Assembly (NCBI RefSeq): GCF_037042905.1
Contig: NC_087251.1
Location: forward strand, 42,658,001-42,722,000
Source: Lytechinus pictus
Taxonomy: Eukaryota
Length of the DNA: 64,000 bases
Direction of reading: 5' to 3'
The position numbers and the translations under genes are program-made. Of the stretch, positions 60,913 through 64,000 are shown piece by piece; position 1 is the first letter of the stretch; the number at the start of each line of letters is the position of its first letter. The notes beneath the pieces were generated by a model, which saw only the letters and a list, made by a program, of their open reading frames with translations, was not told where the DNA came from and made no database searches.

Positions 60913-63020
60913 GCCATTATAGATGCATGTAACCATGGTAGACATGGTGTGGAACCACAATAATAATAAATGTGACGTGAGTAGGTATAGAGGACTATTC
61001 ATGGCGCAGATGAAACTCCCTTGAGTCATTGAGTGAATGGTATCATTGTTATACCATGCGTAGGTGAAATGATTATCGTTATGCATATAGTTTTACAAAC
61101 GGAGCATTATTAGAAGGGACGGGATCATGCGGTAACCTGTAAGATACGATAGCCTTTATAATAATAAAAATTATTATTAAAAAACAAAAAACAAAAACAA
61201 ACAAAGAAAGGAGAGGAACGATTATAAAGGACACGTCAAAGAAAAGAAAGAAAATAATAGTTGACCAAACGAGTTGGCGGTAATAGTCAAATATGACTGG
61301 TCGCCATTAATTTCCAACAAACAACAACATTGAACCAGGCGATAGTTATCATGATTATGAGTAGAATATTAAATATTCAGTCATTTTCGCTATACAGTGT
61401 AACTTCTTAAAGGGCCGGTCGAGTATATAGTATAACCAATGAGTAATCCTTGATTTAGATCATTTATAAGTATAAGTTTGATGCTGTCAATATCATTTTA
61501 TCCATCTCCCCGTCTTCTGGTCGACTATCATGAATAGAATAATAATAATGATAATTCAATATTCTATAAAGCGCCTAAATTTCTCTAAGCGCTTTCCATT
61601 CCAAAATCTAACTACTTAGCTTATTAACTAACCTCAATTATTTACCAGGGGCCGCGGGGTGCAGGGGGGGGGGGGGCTTCAGCCGCCATTTTTTTCCAAA
61701 ACCGTTTACAAAACGTAAAAATGACATTATGATTGTGATTTTTTGCATGGTCAACCCCCCCCCCCCCCCCACTTTGAAAACCGTTCCGCTGCCCCTGCTA
61801 ACCATTACAATTACTAATTATAAAACAAAATAACCTTTTTTTGTTAAAGGTAAAAGTTATGATAATATCAAAGTGGTCATCATGATGTAAAAATTAATAA
61901 TTATTATTTTTTGGTCAATGTAGATTGACCAAACCTGTATAGCTGCATCATCGAACATCACATCATCGAAATTTGAAGTGTTATTTTCAGAGTAGTAAGC
62001 AGGGACATGACGTATGTAGGATGAAACAAAACAATTTAGAGAGCTCTTGTATTGTATCACAAAACTCCCCTCTCTTTATATCTCGCCCACACACACACAC
62101 ACTCTCTCTCTCTGTCTCTATAATTATTATGTGACCATTTGGTTATTTTCGTTGAAAGAAAATTTATGAACGTGAGGTTGGTCTATTGCATAAAGTCCTA
62201 AACAAGGTATTCGTAATGCTACCGTTCATACTATTAATACATTTACTTTTGTCTGTTCTTCTCACCTAAGTACAAATGCTTTATACGACAGGGTTTACTA
62301 TGTGGACTGATCAAGTATTGTTTAAAACTTAAAAAACTTTAAAAAAAACTTTAAAAAACGACAACATTATGTTATATCATGTATATTAAATAACTTAGCG
62401 TATAGATAGGGAACTTGGGGCCACTCCAAATTTCCACTGCTAAGAAAGTAAACGAAAAAAAAAAAAACGGGAAAGAGAAAGAAAATGAAAGGAAAAGGAA
62501 GAAATATGACACTAAGTTATGCACGTTATGTCGAAATCTATCACAAACCTTCCATTTCAAGAAGGTAAAACATTTTCGCTCGCTCGCTCGCAACTTTTGG
62601 GGAATTTTGTCGCATATGCCGTGTTCCTTCAAATCAGTTGCTTATTTCCGAAATTATTGGTCCTCAGAGTAAAAAAAAAAAATAATAACCAGGCTATAGA
62701 TCCTATTTATCATTTAATCTAAATTCTTGTCAGCTAATTTGCCACTGTTTGGAAAAGAGGGAAGAGAACGAATAAAGAGAGAACATAGAAAGAAGATCGG
62801 AAAAGAAGATGAATGAAAGTATAGGCAAAGGAGAAAGAGAAAGGAGATAAGAAGAAAGTGTACATAAAATCCATTTCCCCATCACCTCTCCTCTCCTTTT
62901 CTTTTTTTTCTCTTTCTTTATCCGTCCTATTTTTTCCCTCTTCTTCAACCCGACGGTGATTGTGATTTGTCTACATTCTTTTTTAGTAAGGTAGCCCCCT
63001 CCGTCCTTACCTTCCTCGCA

Positions 63021-63550
63021 TACATTCGTAATTCCGAAGCTTCGTTATTCCGAAGGTTGGGATATTCCGATGGTTCGTATTTCCGAAGGTTCGTATTTCC
63101 GAAGGTTCGTTATTCCGAAGGTTCGTTAGTCCGAAAACGAAATGAGGTTCGTAATTCCGAAGGTTCGTTAGTCCGAAAACGAAGTGAGGTTCGTAATTCC
63201 GAAGGTTCGTTAATCCGAAAAAGAAATGAGGTTCGTAATTCCGAAGGTTCGTTAGTCCGAAAACTAAATGATTAACTAACCTTATTTCGTTTTCGGACTA
63301 ACGAACCTTCGGAACAACGAACCTTATTTCGTTTTCGGATTAACGAACCTTCGGAACAACAAACCTTATTTCGTTTTCGGATTAACGAACCTTCGGAAAA
63401 ACGAACCTTCGGAATAACGCCACAAATGTTCGGATTAACGAACCCTTTTACGTTTTCGGATTAACGAACATCGAGGTATCGGCAATTTACGTGTTTCGGA
63501 ATTACGAACCTTCGGAATAGAGAACCTTCGGAATTACGAAGTGTAACCGT
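63021..63550. mobile_element. Foldback element made of inverted arrays of TTCCGAAGGTTCG
   Basis: Left arm repeats ttccgaaggttcgtt and right arm repeats aacgaaccttcggaa; orientation flips at ~63275; termini cattcgtaattccgaag / cttcggaattacgaagtg. Confidence 0.88.
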
Positions 63551-64000
63551 TTTTCTTGAGACATTATAGGAGAAACAATTCTCTGCCAATTTTTTACTTT
63601 TCTATTTTCGACATTCATATCCTTTGAAAATCGTTTTCATATACCCCGTGAAAACTAAACTTATTTCATTATTATTTTGACATGATGTCCCCTTCTGCAT
63701 TCATGAAAGATGAGCAACAAAAACGAAATTGTTAAAAGGTTATTCTATAATAAAATATTGTAGACTGGTCATCTTTCGATTAGACATATTATATAATAGC
63801 CTATTAAAGAAAATAGAATTTTGAGCTAATTTCTACCACACAAAATGATAATACATGTAATCGCCATAATATGTCGTAATATATTATCTGCTCAGTATCT
63901 TTTTCATTATTTTATAAAATTTGCCTGTAATATTATCGAAATGTAGTTAGTTAACGTCAACCCCCCCCCCCCCAAAAAAAAGGGGGTGATATCTAATATG

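Noticed and set aside
60763..62060. Possible minus-strand exons of a further gene (61934-62050 and ~61085-61136)
   Set aside because: No recognisable protein motif and weak splice support; part of the ORF runs through a hairpin MITE. A terminal exon of an outside gene cannot be fully excluded.
62967..63275. Repetitive ORF (VRNSEGSLVRKRNE)n
   Set aside because: Translation of one arm of a foldback repeat.

Overview
AT-rich, intron-containing animal genomic DNA. The repeat content (a Deu/Nin-domain-like SINE and many MITEs) suggests an invertebrate deuterostome such as a sea urchin; this is an inference. I assembled three protein-coding genes by hand from GT-AG boundaries with consistent exon phases. 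(1) + strand, 1438-10480, 5' end probably upstream of the window: an uncharacterised type II membrane protein. It has a cytoplasmic region with PPxY and NPxY motifs, one TM helix, a coiled-coil-like stalk, a very short collagen Gly-X-Y stretch and a 6-Cys C-terminal domain. (2) - strand, 50301-18579: WDHD1/AND-1/Ctf4, 23 coding exons, about 1078 aa (WD40, SepB-like, HMG box). (3) + strand, 56040-58811: a 119-aa secreted Cys-rich protein with a TIL-like domain lacking the C2/C6 pair. Introns and intergenic DNA are full of MITEs (piggyBac-, Kolobok- and EnSpm-like), tRNA-derived SINEs and minisatellites, some with higher-order structure. The most unusual observations are two tandem arrays derived from WDHD1's own sequence: a 61-bp 3'UTR array copying the last 12 codons plus stop, and an intronic array copying an exon's splice acceptor. 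There is also a degenerate hammerhead-ribozyme-like motif in a WDHD1 intron. There are no prokaryotic features and no CRISPR array. Most ORFs in the supplied track are spurious.
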